Shown here piece by piece: positions 10,324-20,803 of a stretch of 64,000 nt of DNA. Position 1 is the stretch's first letter, and every line of letters begins with the position of its first letter. The notes under the pieces were generated by a model. The model did not search any database, was not told where the DNA came from, and saw only the letters and a list, made by a program, of their open reading frames with translations. A program made the position numbers and the translations under genes. Origin of the DNA: a virus; the IMG/VR virus record IMGVR_UViG_3300033144_006696, positions 59,867 through 123,866 of that record, one strand, 5' to 3'.

Positions 10324-10482
10324 CTAATCATTTAAAGCTTCTCTTTCATAGCCATTTAATTTATGTGTTTTTGCACATATTTCACAAAGAAAGATTTTTG
10401 TATTAGTTTTTATGTGAAAATATACATGACCATCTGTGTCTGGATTTTTACATTCTGCACATGAAATTGGCAAATCTTTCAT
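10324..10482 (-). CDS. small CxxC-CxxC zinc-finger protein (52 aa)
   Basis: Read manually: MKDLPISCAECKNP...FLCEICAK; AAGGAG SD. Confidence 0.6.
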   Translation of the reverse strand: MKDLPISCAECKNPDTDGHVYFHIKTNTKIFLCEICAKTHKLNGYEREALND

Positions 10483-10491
10483 AAATTCTCC

Positions 10492-11343
10492 TTAATAAAT
10501 ATCTTTATAATGGTCAATGATTTCATTGATATCAGATTCATAAAGTTTCAAGGCGATTTCATAAAGCTCCCCAAGCATTCCAAGACCATTTTCTACGAAA
10601 TCAACCATACTTTTTGATTTATATTTATGAGTTGCATCATACTTTGCTCTTCGTATTTGCAGATTCATATGATATTTTCTACTAAAATGATCATATAACA
10701 ACTGCCATCTTTTTTGGAAATCAGATCCTTTGAACCTGACAACTTTGTTCAACACTTGTCTTTGTGCTTCTAATCCAATTGATTTGCAAATTCCATCAAT
10801 AACTTCCTCTTTATATTCTAATTCTTTTTGAACTTTTTTATTAGTTTCTTCCAGAATTAATTTCTGTTTTTCTGAAATGACCAACTGCTCTAACGCTTCA
10901 ATATAATTAGTAGGAGTTATTTTTTTTGCAATCTTTTCCATTTCAATGAAATACTTTCTTGCTTCTTTTCCTTTCTGATTTCTTTCAACCATAGATAATT
11001 CTTTTGCCATATCAATTTTAATTGTATATTCTTTCCTTATAGAAGATCCTCTTACATTATTCTTACGTTTGATTTTTCTATCAAACGTAATAAAGTTTTG
11101 ATTTTCAAGAAAATCATAATCTTTTATTCTTTTTGTAATCCATGTTGTATATTCTTGTTTGCTTTCAAGAAATATCCATAATTCTCTTGCATCAACTGAA
11201 TTAACTTCTTCTTTTCCAATTGTTTGTTTTTCAATAATAATCAATTCTTTTGAATCTGTCATATTTACGATTTTTGGTTGCTTTGTTAATTGTTTCTGAT
11301 TTCGTTTTTTCTGTGTTTGTTTCATTGATCGTTTTTTTGCCAT
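10492..11343 (-). CDS. AntA/AntB-family antirepressor
   Basis: VDARELWIFLE, WITKRI, AKELSMVERNQKGKEARKYFI; start moved to the ATG with AGGAG SD. Confidence 0.85.
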   Translation of the reverse strand: MAKKRSMKQTQKKRNQKQLTKQPKIVNMTDSKELIIIEKQTIGKEEVNSVDARELWIFLESKQEYTTWITKRIKDYDFLENQNFITFDRKIKRKNNVRGSSIRKEYTIKIDMAKELSMVERNQKGKEARKYFIEMEKIAKKITPTNYIEALEQLVISEKQKLILEETNKKVQKELEYKEEVIDGICKSIGLEAQRQVLNKVVRFKGSDFQKRWQLLYDHFSRKYHMNLQIRRAKYDATHKYKSKSMVDFVENGLGMLGELYEIALKLYESDINEIIDHYKDIY

Positions 11344-11372
11344 TTCATTTCTCCTAAAATAAAAAAGCCTAT

Positions 11373-11430
11373 TAAGAGTGGTGATGACTGGAATGTAGAA
11401 ACCAATAACCCTCGAAGGGTTCACTCTCTT
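11373..11430 (-). promoter_or_regulatory. structured leader upstream of antA
   Basis: AGAGTG/CACTCT outer stem enclosing an AACCCT-TCG-AGGGTT hairpin. Confidence 0.45.
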
Positions 11431-11447
11431 TCAATATTGAACTTCTA

Positions 11448-12202
11448 TTAATCAGTAATTAAAATTTTATATTTCACTAAAGAATTATAAACACGATTAT
11501 CTAAAACTTCTATATATTTATTTATCATGATTTTGATTTGTTCTTCTTTTGCTTTTTTATAAACTAAAAAAGTTTTTTCAGGATTACAAAAACATCTAAG
11601 ATATTTTTGTTTTCCATTTACAGCTATTTGTGCTATAAATTTATTTGATGATTTATCAAAACAAACCCCAATAGGATATTTACCTCTTGATTTATCACAT
11701 TTAACCAGTAATAAATTAATTGATTGAGGAACAAAGGAACAAAATTCAGGACAATATATTTTATTTTCTCTTTTAATAATATCTTTATCAAGTTCCACTC
11801 TTTCATCAAGAAGTTCATAGTAATTTTTATGAAACCATTCAGCAAAATTCTGAAAATTCAACCATTCTTTACACACGAAAACATCTTGATAAGTTTGTCT
11901 TCTGTTTATTGTATATGGTTCATAACATCTTCGTAGCATATTCTGCCATGTTTGATATTTAATGGTTTTTTGTTATTTATTTTTGTTTTATATTTACCAA
12001 TCCCAAAATAACCAATTCCATAAATACTTGGAAATAAGGGATCTTTTACGTTTCCTTTTTTAAAATGATTATAATCTGTCTTTATAATATACCCAGTTTT
12101 GAATTTAACTTTAATATCTCTTGCATTATTGTATTCAACGATCTTCATTAATCCATAATGACCTTTCTTAATTTCCCCAGTTCTATCAATAAATCTACCC
12201 AT
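11448..12202 (-). pseudogene. HNH/AP2-type homing endonuclease copy 1 (frameshift at A6, 11966-11971)
   Basis: Track ORFs 11906-12229 and 11448-11939 join into a homologue of intact copy 29185-29940; CKEWLNFQNFAEW and YPIGV motifs. Confidence 0.75.
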
Positions 12203-12222
12203 AACGTACTCCAAAAATAAAA

Positions 12223-12288
12223 ATGGCAACGTATTTTATCAGGTTGCGTATATGAAAATAAATCCATATCCAATAAAATAGTTGCCAT
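12223..12288 (-). promoter_or_regulatory. ATGGCAAC...GTTGCCAT long hairpin
   Basis: Inverted repeat followed by a T-run on the - strand; homologues at 29961 and 57843. Confidence 0.6.
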
Positions 12289-12369
12289 GTATATTCACAG
12301 ATTGTCCCTTGACGCAACTCAAAGTTAAGATCAATATATCATAAGTTATATAAAGAATCAAGAATATTC

Positions 12370-12734
12370 AATATAAGCATATACTCAAAACCGGAATACT
12401 CCTCTGATCTGCAATAAATGCTCTTAATAGACTTGATAAGCTTAATGTACATTTTTCTGAATCAATCACAATTCATCAAAGTTAAGATCAATATATCACA
12501 TCTTGATAAATTTGCAAATATAATCTTTGAAATTAAACTCAATTGATCAATTTTAGCTTATTTAACGATGATAAAAGTCAAATTAGATGCAATACTCTCA
12601 TTGTTTTGTAATCAAAGCGAAATGAGCAAAGATTGATCTTGATGTGCAATGAATAATCTTGAATCTGCAAAGATCAAGGATTTTTAATTCAACAAAGAAT
12701 CTTATTGCAATCAAAGCGAAGCTCCTTTCCCAGC
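12370..12734 (-). repeat. conserved cassette tail, copy A
   Basis: Shares GCTGGG...GCTTCGC, CATTGCAC and GAGTATTCCGGTTTTG blocks with 27472-27700 and 57559-57776. Confidence 0.75.
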
Positions 12735-12847
12735 AAACTTGCACAAGCAAGTTGTATAGAGTTGTAATCTTATGTTGTTGTGTATGATGTAATCATACTT
12801 AAATAATAACTTGTTATTGTTTATCAACATAAGAGTACAGCTCTTTC

Positions 12848-12904
12848 TATAGTTAGACATCTGTGTCGCACTATATTTGTCAGAGACACAGATGTCTAAC
12901 TATA
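12848..12904. repeat. 20-bp inverted repeat, cassette A
   Basis: TATAGTTAGACATCTGTGTC-17 nt-GACACAGATGTCTAACTATA. Confidence 0.9.
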
Positions 12905-12909
12905 TAAGT

Positions 12910-13573
12910 TTAAATATTTATTCTTAATTTCCTGAAACGACCATCAAAATATATTTCCTCAATTAATCCTTTGTTCATAAGCTTGATTCTATTTCGTTGA
13001 ATTGTTTTAGAAACACATGAAAGCAATTCAGCAGCTCTTGTATCAGATAATCCTGTAATACCTCCCTCAGAACCATTAGAAGCTTTATTTGGTGTTGTTG
13101 AATATGCTTTATACAACATAAGTAAAACTAATTCTATCGGACTTAATTTTTCTTCATCTTTTTTTATTCTGAATTAATTCTTCAAATATATTTCTTCTCA
13201 TGGTAAATTCTCCTGTGGAATTTTTCCAGTATATGCAAGATTTCAAAGCATAGGCTCCACATAATTTTAATTCTAACAAAATATCATGATATGGAATACC
13301 ATTATTTCTGATGAATTTTTTAAACATAATATATTGGTATTCAAAATCAGCAGATATTTTTGTAATTCCATATTTTAAAATTACAGAATAATTTATTGAT
13401 TCAGTTTCACGTTCAACAATAATATTGAAATCTTTGCAGACTTCCCTTAACTCTTGTAATGGATTTTTTGTTCTGAAGAAATTTGAATCCACAAATCTAA
13501 GCTCTTTGTGGTTTTTATTTTGGATTCTTTCGTAATAGAGATCTTCTTTGGAGGGAATTTTCTTGTTAAACAT
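12910..13573 (-). pseudogene. cassette A wHTH protein (frameshift at A7, 13159-13165)
   Basis: Removing one A joins the two track ORFs (QNKKDEEKLSPIELVLLMLYK); C-terminal LSDTRAAELLSCVSKTIQRNRIKLMNKGLIEE winged HTH. Confidence 0.6.
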
Positions 13574-13595
13574 AATTTTACCTTTTGCCACAAGT

Positions 13596-13687
13596 AGCCA
13601 TAAATGAATGTGGGAAAAGAGAATGGCAAATTCTCAGTTCAATACAAGGAGCAACCCTTATATCTATCCCCACAATTTTGGATGACT
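13596..13687 (-). ncRNA. cloverleaf leader RNA, copy A
   Basis: AGUCAU/AUGGCU and UGUGGG/CCCACA stems plus two internal hairpins; homologous to 26347 and 56563. Confidence 0.6.
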
Positions 13688-13688
13688 A

Positions 13689-13717
13689 AGTATAACAGAA
13701 GGTAAAATTTGAAGCAA
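13689..13717 (-). promoter_or_regulatory. sigma70-like promoter
   Basis: TTGCTT-17-TATACT immediately before the leader. Confidence 0.65.
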
Positions 13718-13923
13718 GATTATTTTTAAAATGTTTGAATATAATAGAAAATTAATACAAGAAAGTCAATAAGAATAATGATTTTTTCAATAAAAATTAT
13801 TAATTAAAAATCGTCTTCTAAGAGCTATTTGTTGTTCTATATATCATTATATTCATTTTCTCTAAATCATTGTTAAATCGCATATAAAGCTTATTAAATC
13901 AATAAGTATTTTCAATGAGTGTT

Positions 13924-14244
13924 TTAATGAAGATTTTTAATGATCTTTTTTGTTTCATGTTCAGGCAAAGAATATATTACATGACCATTATTTTTAAATT
14001 TATTCAAATATTCTTGTTTAACAAAAATATTTAAAATCATCTGGATATTTTTATATATGCTCTGTTTTACTTCAGAAGCCTTAAAAGATGTTAAATCAGA
14101 AATAAAATATGTTCCTTCAATATTTGGACCATGTTTTTGAATTACATTTTTAATTTTTTCAGTCTGGATTTTTTTGCATAAATCAAGTATCATCTTTCTA
14201 TTTGAATTCATAAATTTCCTTTTAATCCCCAGAGGTACATGCAT
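13924..14244 (-). CDS. hypothetical protein (possible wHTH)
   Basis: ORF; LNIFVKQEYLNK...VIYSL wing-like end. Confidence 0.45.
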   Translation of the reverse strand: MHVPLGIKRKFMNSNRKMILDLCKKIQTEKIKNVIQKHGPNIEGTYFISDLTSFKASEVKQSIYKNIQMILNIFVKQEYLNKFKNNGHVIYSLPEHETKKIIKNLH

Positions 14245-14327
14245 ACTCTGCGTCTTTATTTATATTGCACATAAGATTTGCTTATGGATGCCCTGATTGA
14301 ATGCACATGGGGAAATTATTTGAATTT

Positions 14328-14987
14328 TTACAACATTCCAGTTTCACTTAATTTTTTAATATCATTTTTATATTTTTCATATAATTTTTCAAAAATCACA
14401 GGAGTGCAAAAATAAAATTCAGCCAATAATGGCAACATCACTTCCCTTATTTGTGGATGTGATTTTTTACTGCATCTTAATTTAAATACATGCATCCATT
14501 CACGAAGATTACAAGACATCACAATACTTGTAGATAATGAATTTGGCAGCACTGAACGAGCTTCTTGTGCTGTAGCACCTCGTTTCAATAAAGTTATATA
14601 TGATTCTTCAGCTACCTGACAAGCTTGCTTCCACAATGTATATTGCATATGATTTGAAGGCCAAAAAATAGGGCGAATAACAGTAATTTCATTTCCAAAT
14701 TTATCTTTGCTGAAATTACAATATCGTGTGCTTTGGATGGCAAAACTTGATAATCTATGTCTTGTTAATTCTGCCATAACACCACGATCACAAATTATTT
14801 TGACTGTAGCAGAAGCAAATTCCAGTGGTGTTTCATGTCCATTTTTAATTAATTGTGAAATAAATTTTGAAGTATTTTCCGCAGTTGTTATTTCTGAAGC
14901 ATAGCAATTTCTACCAGCAATTTCAATTTTTTCAAGAGCATTTTCTGTAAAATCTATAATTTCAACTGATGGTGTGATAATTTTCAT
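14328..14987 (-). CDS. thyX: FAD-dependent thymidylate synthase
   Basis: GHETPLEF, ELTRHRLSSFAIQSTRY, QEARSVLP, NLREWMHVFKLR. Confidence 0.95.
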   Translation of the reverse strand: MKIITPSVEIIDFTENALEKIEIAGRNCYASEITTAENTSKFISQLIKNGHETPLEFASATVKIICDRGVMAELTRHRLSSFAIQSTRYCNFSKDKFGNEITVIRPIFWPSNHMQYTLWKQACQVAEESYITLLKRGATAQEARSVLPNSLSTSIVMSCNLREWMHVFKLRCSKKSHPQIREVMLPLLAEFYFCTPVIFEKLYEKYKNDIKKLSETGML

Positions 14988-15178
14988 TTTTTCTTTCCCC
15001 TTTTCTTTGGTTTATATTTTGCTGCCTGTTTTTTATTGAATGCTGTTTCATCTTCTTTAATAAGATCTTGGCAATTTTTACAAACATTACTTCCAGGCTC
15101 ATAATTCATTTTTGAAATTACTTGACTACAAACTTTACATTTCATATTGATGATCTTTCCAATGGAATATCTCTCCAT
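14984..15178 (-). CDS. small CxxC protein
   Basis: CKVC...CKNC; ATGA overlap with thyX; start uncertain. Confidence 0.45.
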   Translation of the reverse strand: MERYSIGKIINMKCKVCSQVISKMNYEPGSNVCKNCQDLIKEDETAFNKKQAAKYKPKKRGKKK

Positions 15179-15327
15179 TCAAAAACTTTATCAAGATTAA
15201 CCCATTTCTGCTGAAGAACATAAACTGAACCACCATAAACAGTAACCAAGGCAGGAGGATCATTTTCTGGAGTTGGATTCACTTCTTGCCATTTCAATTC
15301 GAGTGTAGGTGCCCATATATCTGACAT
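15142..15327 (-). CDS. hypothetical protein
   Basis: AAGGA SD; LQQKW motif. Confidence 0.55.
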   Translation of the reverse strand: MSDIWAPTLELKWQEVNPTPENDPPALVTVYGGSVYVLQQKWVNLDKVFEWRDIPLERSSI

Positions 15328-15338
15328 TTTAAAATTCC

Positions 15339-15689
15339 TTATAAAAACTTATATTTTCGATAATTTGAAGAATTAACACTTTCTTCAGCCCAATTACGTT
15401 TTACAGCAATTACTAAAACAATTCTCCAAAACCATTTACTTTCTTTCATTCCTCCTGGAATTTGATTTGCATGATATCTCAAAGTATCTTTTCCACATCC
15501 ATTTTTTAAACAATGACCATTTTCACTATGATAAAGTCTGTGTAATTGTTTCCAACCAGTTCTGAATTTACTTTCTGGTAAAATTAACATATTAATATCT
15601 TGTCTTTCTGCTTTCAAATATTGAAGTAAAGTTTCAAGTTCATCTAGATGGCCAAATGTTTTATTAAAAATACGCTCAATAGATGTCAT
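15339..15689 (-). CDS. hypothetical protein
   Basis: ORF with AAGGA SD in a packed operon. Confidence 0.55.
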   Translation of the reverse strand: MTSIERIFNKTFGHLDELETLLQYLKAERQDINMLILPESKFRTGWKQLHRLYHSENGHCLKNGCGKDTLRYHANQIPGGMKESKWFWRIVLVIAVKRNWAEESVNSSNYRKYKFL

Positions 15690-15796
15690 AATATTTTATT
15701 CCTTTTTAATCCCCAAAATATGATGTCAATTTATTCTGTAAACACTTGACCACAATAAGAACAAATATAATTTAAGGTTCTTGTATTTTTTCAATT

Positions 15797-16058
15797 TTAC
15801 CATATTTTGTACCCAATTGCATGATTACTATTTATAGACATTTTATATTTACCTATACCAAGATATCCAGTTTTATAAATACTTGGAAATAAAGGATCTT
15901 TTACATTTCCAGTTTTAAAATGATCATATCTTGCTTTTACAACTGTTCCTGTTTTGAATTTAACTTTAATGTCTCTGCAACCATTATATTCAATGATCTT
16001 CATTACACCATAATTACCATTTTTAACCTCTCCAACTTTATTTTTTTAGTTTAGCCAT
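15797..16058 (-). pseudogene. HNH/AP2-type endonuclease copy 2, N-terminal remnant
   Basis: MKIIEYNGCRDIKVKFKTG...KDPLFPSIY; truncated; extra frameshift at A7 16041-16047. Confidence 0.7.
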
Positions 16059-16059
16059 T

Positions 16060-16773
16060 TTATTCCTTTTTAGAAAAAAAACTCTGTCCACAATAATCAC
16101 ACACTTTCATCATTGAATGTAAACTTTTAATTAGATGTCCATGATTGCATTTAGAACAAATATCTTCCATTGTAGATTTAAGTGCAGGTTCAAATTGATT
16201 AGATCCAGGACTGCATATTGTGTTTTTTATTAGAATTTTATTAATATATAAATCAGTAAAAACTTTTTCAATATGAGTTTTTAATTCATCCAAAGTTCCA
16301 TTATTATAAATATAAAGAGAATAGTCATATCTACCATACATTTTGTCACCTGTCAAAGATAGACATGATCGTTCTGCTTCCAATTCCTTATTTGTATTAC
16401 TAATTCTGCAAGTATGGCAAATGACTTTATTTTCTCTGCACCATTTAACAAGTTTATCAATTTCTGACGGTTCTCGGATATCCGTCACAATTAGGTCAAT
16501 TTCAGATGCTATGCTTTCTTTAATAACAGAAATAATTTTCTTAGTTGGTAAATTATTATATTTTATCATCGCTTGTTTCATTGTAGAAAGAAGATTTCTT
16601 CCAGCAGTATCTTTAACACCATTCCACCCAAAACTTTCTTTGGCAACTTCTTTGATATATTGAATTGAACTATATTCTTTTACATCCCAATCAAGAAGAA
16701 TTTCATCAATGAATTTGAACACTTCACCTTTGCCTGATCCAGCAGCACCGTTTAAGATAAGAATTTGCACCAT
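16060..16773 (-). CDS. dNMP kinase-like P-loop protein with C-terminal zinc ribbon
   Basis: GAAGSGKG Walker A; DTAGRNLL; DIREPSEI; CSKC...CDYC. Confidence 0.7.
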   Translation of the reverse strand: MVQILILNGAAGSGKGEVFKFIDEILLDWDVKEYSSIQYIKEVAKESFGWNGVKDTAGRNLLSTMKQAMIKYNNLPTKKIISVIKESIASEIDLIVTDIREPSEIDKLVKWCRENKVICHTCRISNTNKELEAERSCLSLTGDKMYGRYDYSLYIYNNGTLDELKTHIEKVFTDLYINKILIKNTICSPGSNQFEPALKSTMEDICSKCNHGHLIKSLHSMMKVCDYCGQSFFSKKE

Positions 16774-17123
16774 TAAAATATTCCTTTTTCCCTTTCCTTT
16801 GTACCTTTATATTTTTGCCAAATAACCATCTTTTCCCATTTTCCAGGTTTTGCATCTTCTAATCTATCATGACATAAGATACCTTTTGCAACCAAAACAT
16901 CCACAACTGCAAGGAAATGACCTACCTCAGTTTCTAATTTTTCTTTATTTGTTTGATCTGGATTCAGTGTATTATTGAAAGTGTCTAATAAACCAAACCG
17001 TATTACTTTGGATTTGGCTTGTATAACTTCTGCTGCTTCCTCTGCCAATTCTTCAAGTACTAATGTGTAATCAGTAAACAATGTAGCTAAATCCTTTTTC
17101 TCAATAGTCATTTTCAACGCCAT
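16773..17123 (-). CDS. MazG-like nucleotide pyrophosphohydrolase
   Basis: LAEEAAEVIQA and LETEVGHFLAV motifs. Confidence 0.75.
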   Translation of the reverse strand: MALKMTIEKKDLATLFTDYTLVLEELAEEAAEVIQAKSKVIRFGLLDTFNNTLNPDQTNKEKLETEVGHFLAVVDVLVAKGILCHDRLEDAKPGKWEKMVIWQKYKGTKEREKGIF

Positions 17124-17287
17124 ATTCCTCTTATCAATTGTAGTCCAGTTAATTTATCTATCTTCTTTTCAATTCTATCTAATCTATTGATGACTTCTTT
17201 GTATAATTTTACAATATTATCTTCTCTTTTCTTTATTTCTTCAAAAAGGAATGTTTCCTTTGGCCAATTATTAAATAAATTACTCAT
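17114..17287 (-). CDS. small coiled-coil protein (57 aa)
   Basis: Read manually: MSNLFNNWPKE...RLDRIEKKIDKL; overlaps both neighbours. Confidence 0.5.
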   Translation of the reverse strand: MSNLFNNWPKETFLFEEIKKREDNIVKLYKEVINRLDRIEKKIDKLTGLQLIRGIWR

Positions 17288-17570
17288 ATTTATCCATTTT
17301 TTTAAGTAATGCTAATCCACGCATTCCTGAAAGACTGTGACATGCTTTTCTAACAAGGTTGACCACCTGGATGCATACAAATTTCACAATAATGAATTTA
17401 TAGACATCCAATTTATGAATCTGATATAAAGTCCATTGAATCTTATCCATTTTAAATTGCCAGCATATACACTGTGAATTTAATTCATGGCATTTTCTGC
17501 ATCGATCTTCAACGTATATCAAAGTTTCACTTATTGTTAAACTTTCTGTATTTAGTACGGCCATTCCCAT
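17280..17570 (-). CDS. hypothetical Cys-rich protein
   Basis: GGAG SD; CRKC, CIC. Confidence 0.45.
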   Translation of the reverse strand: MGMAVLNTESLTISETLIYVEDRCRKCHELNSQCICWQFKMDKIQWTLYQIHKLDVYKFIIVKFVCIQVVNLVRKACHSLSGMRGLALLKKMDKYE

Positions 17571-17580
17571 AAATTTCTCC

Positions 17581-17898
17581 TTATATTTGCCTTTTCATTC
17601 GTTTAAGTTGCCGTCTAAAAGTATCAATACCTTGGTATTCTTTTTGTGAATCTTTGGCAGATTCTAAACATAACTCAATAAGTTTGTTAAATGAAGTATT
17701 ATTTTCATAAATACCAAAATGTTCAAAAATTATATTATCTATTTCTTGACTCATTTTAGTAAGTCCAGTTAAATATCTTTTATATGGACCACCTACACCA
17801 AATTTAAAAAATTGCCAATCTTCTTTAGAAAAAAGTTTTACTGCGTTTTCAAATTCATTTTCTAGTATTTTTAGAGCATATTCAATAGTTACTGCCAT
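17581..17898 (-). CDS. hypothetical protein
   Basis: AAGGAG SD; packed operon. Confidence 0.55.
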   Translation of the reverse strand: MAVTIEYALKILENEFENAVKLFSKEDWQFFKFGVGGPYKRYLTGLTKMSQEIDNIIFEHFGIYENNTSFNKLIELCLESAKDSQKEYQGIDTFRRQLKRMKRQI

Positions 17899-18940
17899 TT
17901 AAAATCTCCTTTATAAGTTTTTCACTAAGTAATGTAGGTCTGTAGATAGTAGCTTTTTCAATTTCCTCTGTAATTACCATCATTAACCAATTATTCCAAA
18001 ATTTTTGATTAACTTTATTTGGTAAGTTTGTTGTCTGTGATAAAATCTCAATTTCATTCATAAGACTTTCTAAAATTGGAGCAACTTGAGTGAGATAATT
18101 AAATTTACCCATTTTAACATTTCTCAAAAAATCAGCATTTTTCAAAGGAAAGATAATATCACCTTTAGTAAATAAATCTCTTATCTGCCAAGCATATCTT
18201 ATTGCATGTGAGACAGCTTTCCAATCAATTCCTTTGTTCTTCTCAGCTTCTTTTGCTCTGTGCCCATATGATTCTATAAATTTATCAAGTATGTCTTTAC
18301 AATAGCTTATATTTGCTGTTTTTTGTAGTCTTTTTCCGCATACTTGATAAAATACTTCAGTAGAATCTTTCTTGCCTCCTGTGACAAAATGTATATGATC
18401 GCCTTTGGGAAGTTTATCCCAAACATAACTCATTGATCTTATTGCGCCATACTTCCAAATCTGATTCCCAAGAAAATCAGAAACCTTTCTTGCATCAGCA
18501 ATACGACTTCCTTTAATACCATATTTTGCTGCCTGTTTTCTACAATACCCAACAAATCCTTTCAGATTATTTGTATAGAACAGGTTTTTATGCTTATGAA
18601 TAAATGTCCAGACTTGTGTGTACTCTATACAACTTTCTCTATTAACGTGAAGCATGTCAATTGCTACAGTCTCACCTTTGAAAGCAAGCTCTAAAAAATA
18701 ATGCAAAGAATATAACTCAATGTCAATATCTTCTTTAATATTCTTTGCATTTGGATTTCCACTACTGAATTGAATACATTTTGGAATCTTGTTGAGTAAG
18801 ATTTCTTCTTTTGTGGGCATAAAAATACCTTTGTAATCAGAATCGCTCTCCTTTGTTTCAGTGCCATAAAGATGAGAACCAAATTTCATAAGCAAGATTA
18901 TTTTTCTATTACCAATTACTTCTTTTAAATGTTCATTCAT
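17882..18940 (-). CDS. nucleotidyltransferase (Pol beta superfamily, T4 NrdC.11-like)
   Basis: FGSHLYGTETKESDSDYKGIF; IDWKAVSHAIR. Confidence 0.85.
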   Translation of the reverse strand: MNEHLKEVIGNRKIILLMKFGSHLYGTETKESDSDYKGIFMPTKEEILLNKIPKCIQFSSGNPNAKNIKEDIDIELYSLHYFLELAFKGETVAIDMLHVNRESCIEYTQVWTFIHKHKNLFYTNNLKGFVGYCRKQAAKYGIKGSRIADARKVSDFLGNQIWKYGAIRSMSYVWDKLPKGDHIHFVTGGKKDSTEVFYQVCGKRLQKTANISYCKDILDKFIESYGHRAKEAEKNKGIDWKAVSHAIRYAWQIRDLFTKGDIIFPLKNADFLRNVKMGKFNYLTQVAPILESLMNEIEILSQTTNLPNKVNQKFWNNWLMMVITEEIEKATIYRPTLLSEKLIKEILNGSNY

Positions 18941-18984
18941 TTTGAATACAACTCCTTATTCTGTAATATCTATTAATTTAATAG

Positions 18985-19590
18985 TCAAGAAATAATCTCT
19001 GTAACTGTTGAAATATCATCTGTCTTAGTTACAATAAATTGCTTATCAGCATATTTTGCTAATGATTTTGAATGTGTTACAATTATGAATTGTAATCCAC
19101 CTTCCATTTTGCTTAACTGACTGATCATCATTGATGCCAATTCATGTTTTTCCAAAGAAAGGTACTTTGTGGGTTCATCCAAAATAAGAATATTGTTTGA
19201 ATCATTATCAAGTTTCCAATAAGCAACACGTAATGCCAAAGAAGCAATATCGGATGCACCAAACCCACATGAATTTAATGGTGAAAGTAGTTTTCCATTT
19301 CTGGAGAACCATAAATCGGTTTCAGTACTATTTCTTCTTGAAACAAAATTAACTACAAATTTATATGGAAAACCAACAGCTTCTAATGCGTTGGATACGA
19401 TCTTTTCAATTTGTGAAGATAATTGTACTTGAGTCATCTGAGAGGCTTTTTGGAAAATGACTCTTGCCTCTTCAAGATTATCAAGATGCTGAAGATGTTT
19501 ATCCAACTTTGACATCTCAAGTTCCAAAATCTTCTTAGTCATTTTTCTATTTGTTATATGTTCAGAAAGAGATTTCATTAATTTTTTCAT
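18985..19590 (-). CDS. sbcC: SbcC/Rad50 ATPase, C-terminal half
   Basis: Coiled coil, variant signature SCGFG, Walker B ILILDEP, H-loop IIVTH. Confidence 0.8.
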   Translation of the reverse strand: MKKLMKSLSEHITNRKMTKKILELEMSKLDKHLQHLDNLEEARVIFQKASQMTQVQLSSQIEKIVSNALEAVGFPYKFVVNFVSRRNSTETDLWFSRNGKLLSPLNSCGFGASDIASLALRVAYWKLDNDSNNILILDEPTKYLSLEKHELASMMISQLSKMEGGLQFIIVTHSKSLAKYADKQFIVTKTDDISTVTEIIS

Positions 19591-19835
19591 TAATCATTTT
19601 CCAATAAATTCTGGTATTTCTTTTTAAAAGCACTTTTACCTTTAGCATAATGTGCCTCCATTTTTTCAACTTCTTTTTTCTTGATAGTAAGAGCTGTATT
19701 TGCTTCAGTTTTTGAATTAAAACCTAAATTTCCAAGTTCTTCAATAATCATACTTTTCCTACCCAATAGTTTGTCACGCAGTTTTTCTTTGTTTTTTATA
19801 ATTTCTGACATTTTTATTAAGTCAACTTCTGGCAT
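19590..19835 (-). CDS. small coiled-coil protein
   Basis: 81 aa helical protein between sbcD and the sbcC C-half. Confidence 0.55.
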   Translation of the reverse strand: MPEVDLIKMSEIIKNKEKLRDKLLGRKSMIIEELGNLGFNSKTEANTALTIKKKEVEKMEAHYAKGKSAFKKKYQNLLEND

Positions 19836-19850
19836 TTTTATCTCCTATTT

Positions 19851-20765
19851 CTATGCAATTCTTTCCATTGTATTTGAAATAATGTCCCTTACATTTTTTT
19901 TCGGGTTAGTTTGATTGATAACACTTTGTAAAATGGTTTTAAAATTTGGTTTTTCACGTTGATTCTTTGGTAAAGAGTCAATAAATTTAGATATCTTTTC
20001 TTCAGCTAATTTTTTGGATTCATCTTTCATTTCAGCAATTGCTATTTTACCAAAATCAAAAACATCTTTAGAAGGTAAACAAGGAATCTTAATAGCTTGT
20101 GATGTCCAGTCAGCAGTATTAACTCTATAGATTCTGGGTTGAAAATTAATTTGACTTTTTGTTGATCTCATCATAGACCCACAATTTGTATTAATAGCGC
20201 CATTTACACATAAAGAATGAGGTAAATGGTTATCGCCAGAAATAATTGCCTTTGACCATGGGTACTTACGTAAAATTGCATATGCGGAACTGTAATTAGT
20301 TTGTCCAGGCCATAAAGGATCTTTTTTAACTATCATTTTATGTATTACCAATACATCTGCTTCTATTTCAGGAATCTCTCCCCATCCAGCACCAACGAAA
20401 GAAATTCCATTAGATTTATATACTTCATTATTTTTTAAAATATGAATTACATTAGCAGCTTGTAAAATTCCAAGAGGCGTATTATTAAGTCCAGAAACGT
20501 GGTATCTCTGATCATGCTGGCCTGTTACCGATAATATATTTACATTACTTTTTTGAATGAACTCCAAAACTTTCCTTGTTACTTTGTATGGGGCCATGGC
20601 AGAATCGAAGAAATCGCCCGCAATCACTAATATTTTTGAATCAGTCTTTTCTGCTGTTTTCAAAATAAATTTAAATTTATCTATTATTTGAGAAAAATAA
20701 TCACCCTTTCTGTTTTTAGGAACTTTATTAGTTATGTGTAAATCTGCCGCACAAATGAATAACAC
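19851..20765 (-). CDS. sbcD: SbcD/Mre11 metallophosphoesterase nuclease
   Basis: ADLH, AGDFFD, GQHD, GDNH, CGS motifs. Confidence 0.9.
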   Translation of the reverse strand: MLFICAADLHITNKVPKNRKGDYFSQIIDKFKFILKTAEKTDSKILVIAGDFFDSAMAPYKVTRKVLEFIQKSNVNILSVTGQHDQRYHVSGLNNTPLGILQAANVIHILKNNEVYKSNGISFVGAGWGEIPEIEADVLVIHKMIVKKDPLWPGQTNYSSAYAILRKYPWSKAIISGDNHLPHSLCVNGAINTNCGSMMRSTKSQINFQPRIYRVNTADWTSQAIKIPCLPSKDVFDFGKIAIAEMKDESKKLAEEKISKFIDSLPKNQREKPNFKTILQSVINQTNPKKNVRDIISNTMERIA

Positions 20766-20803
20766 GTTATTTTCTCCTTTTAATCTGTAATTTCATCAAA
20801 GAA

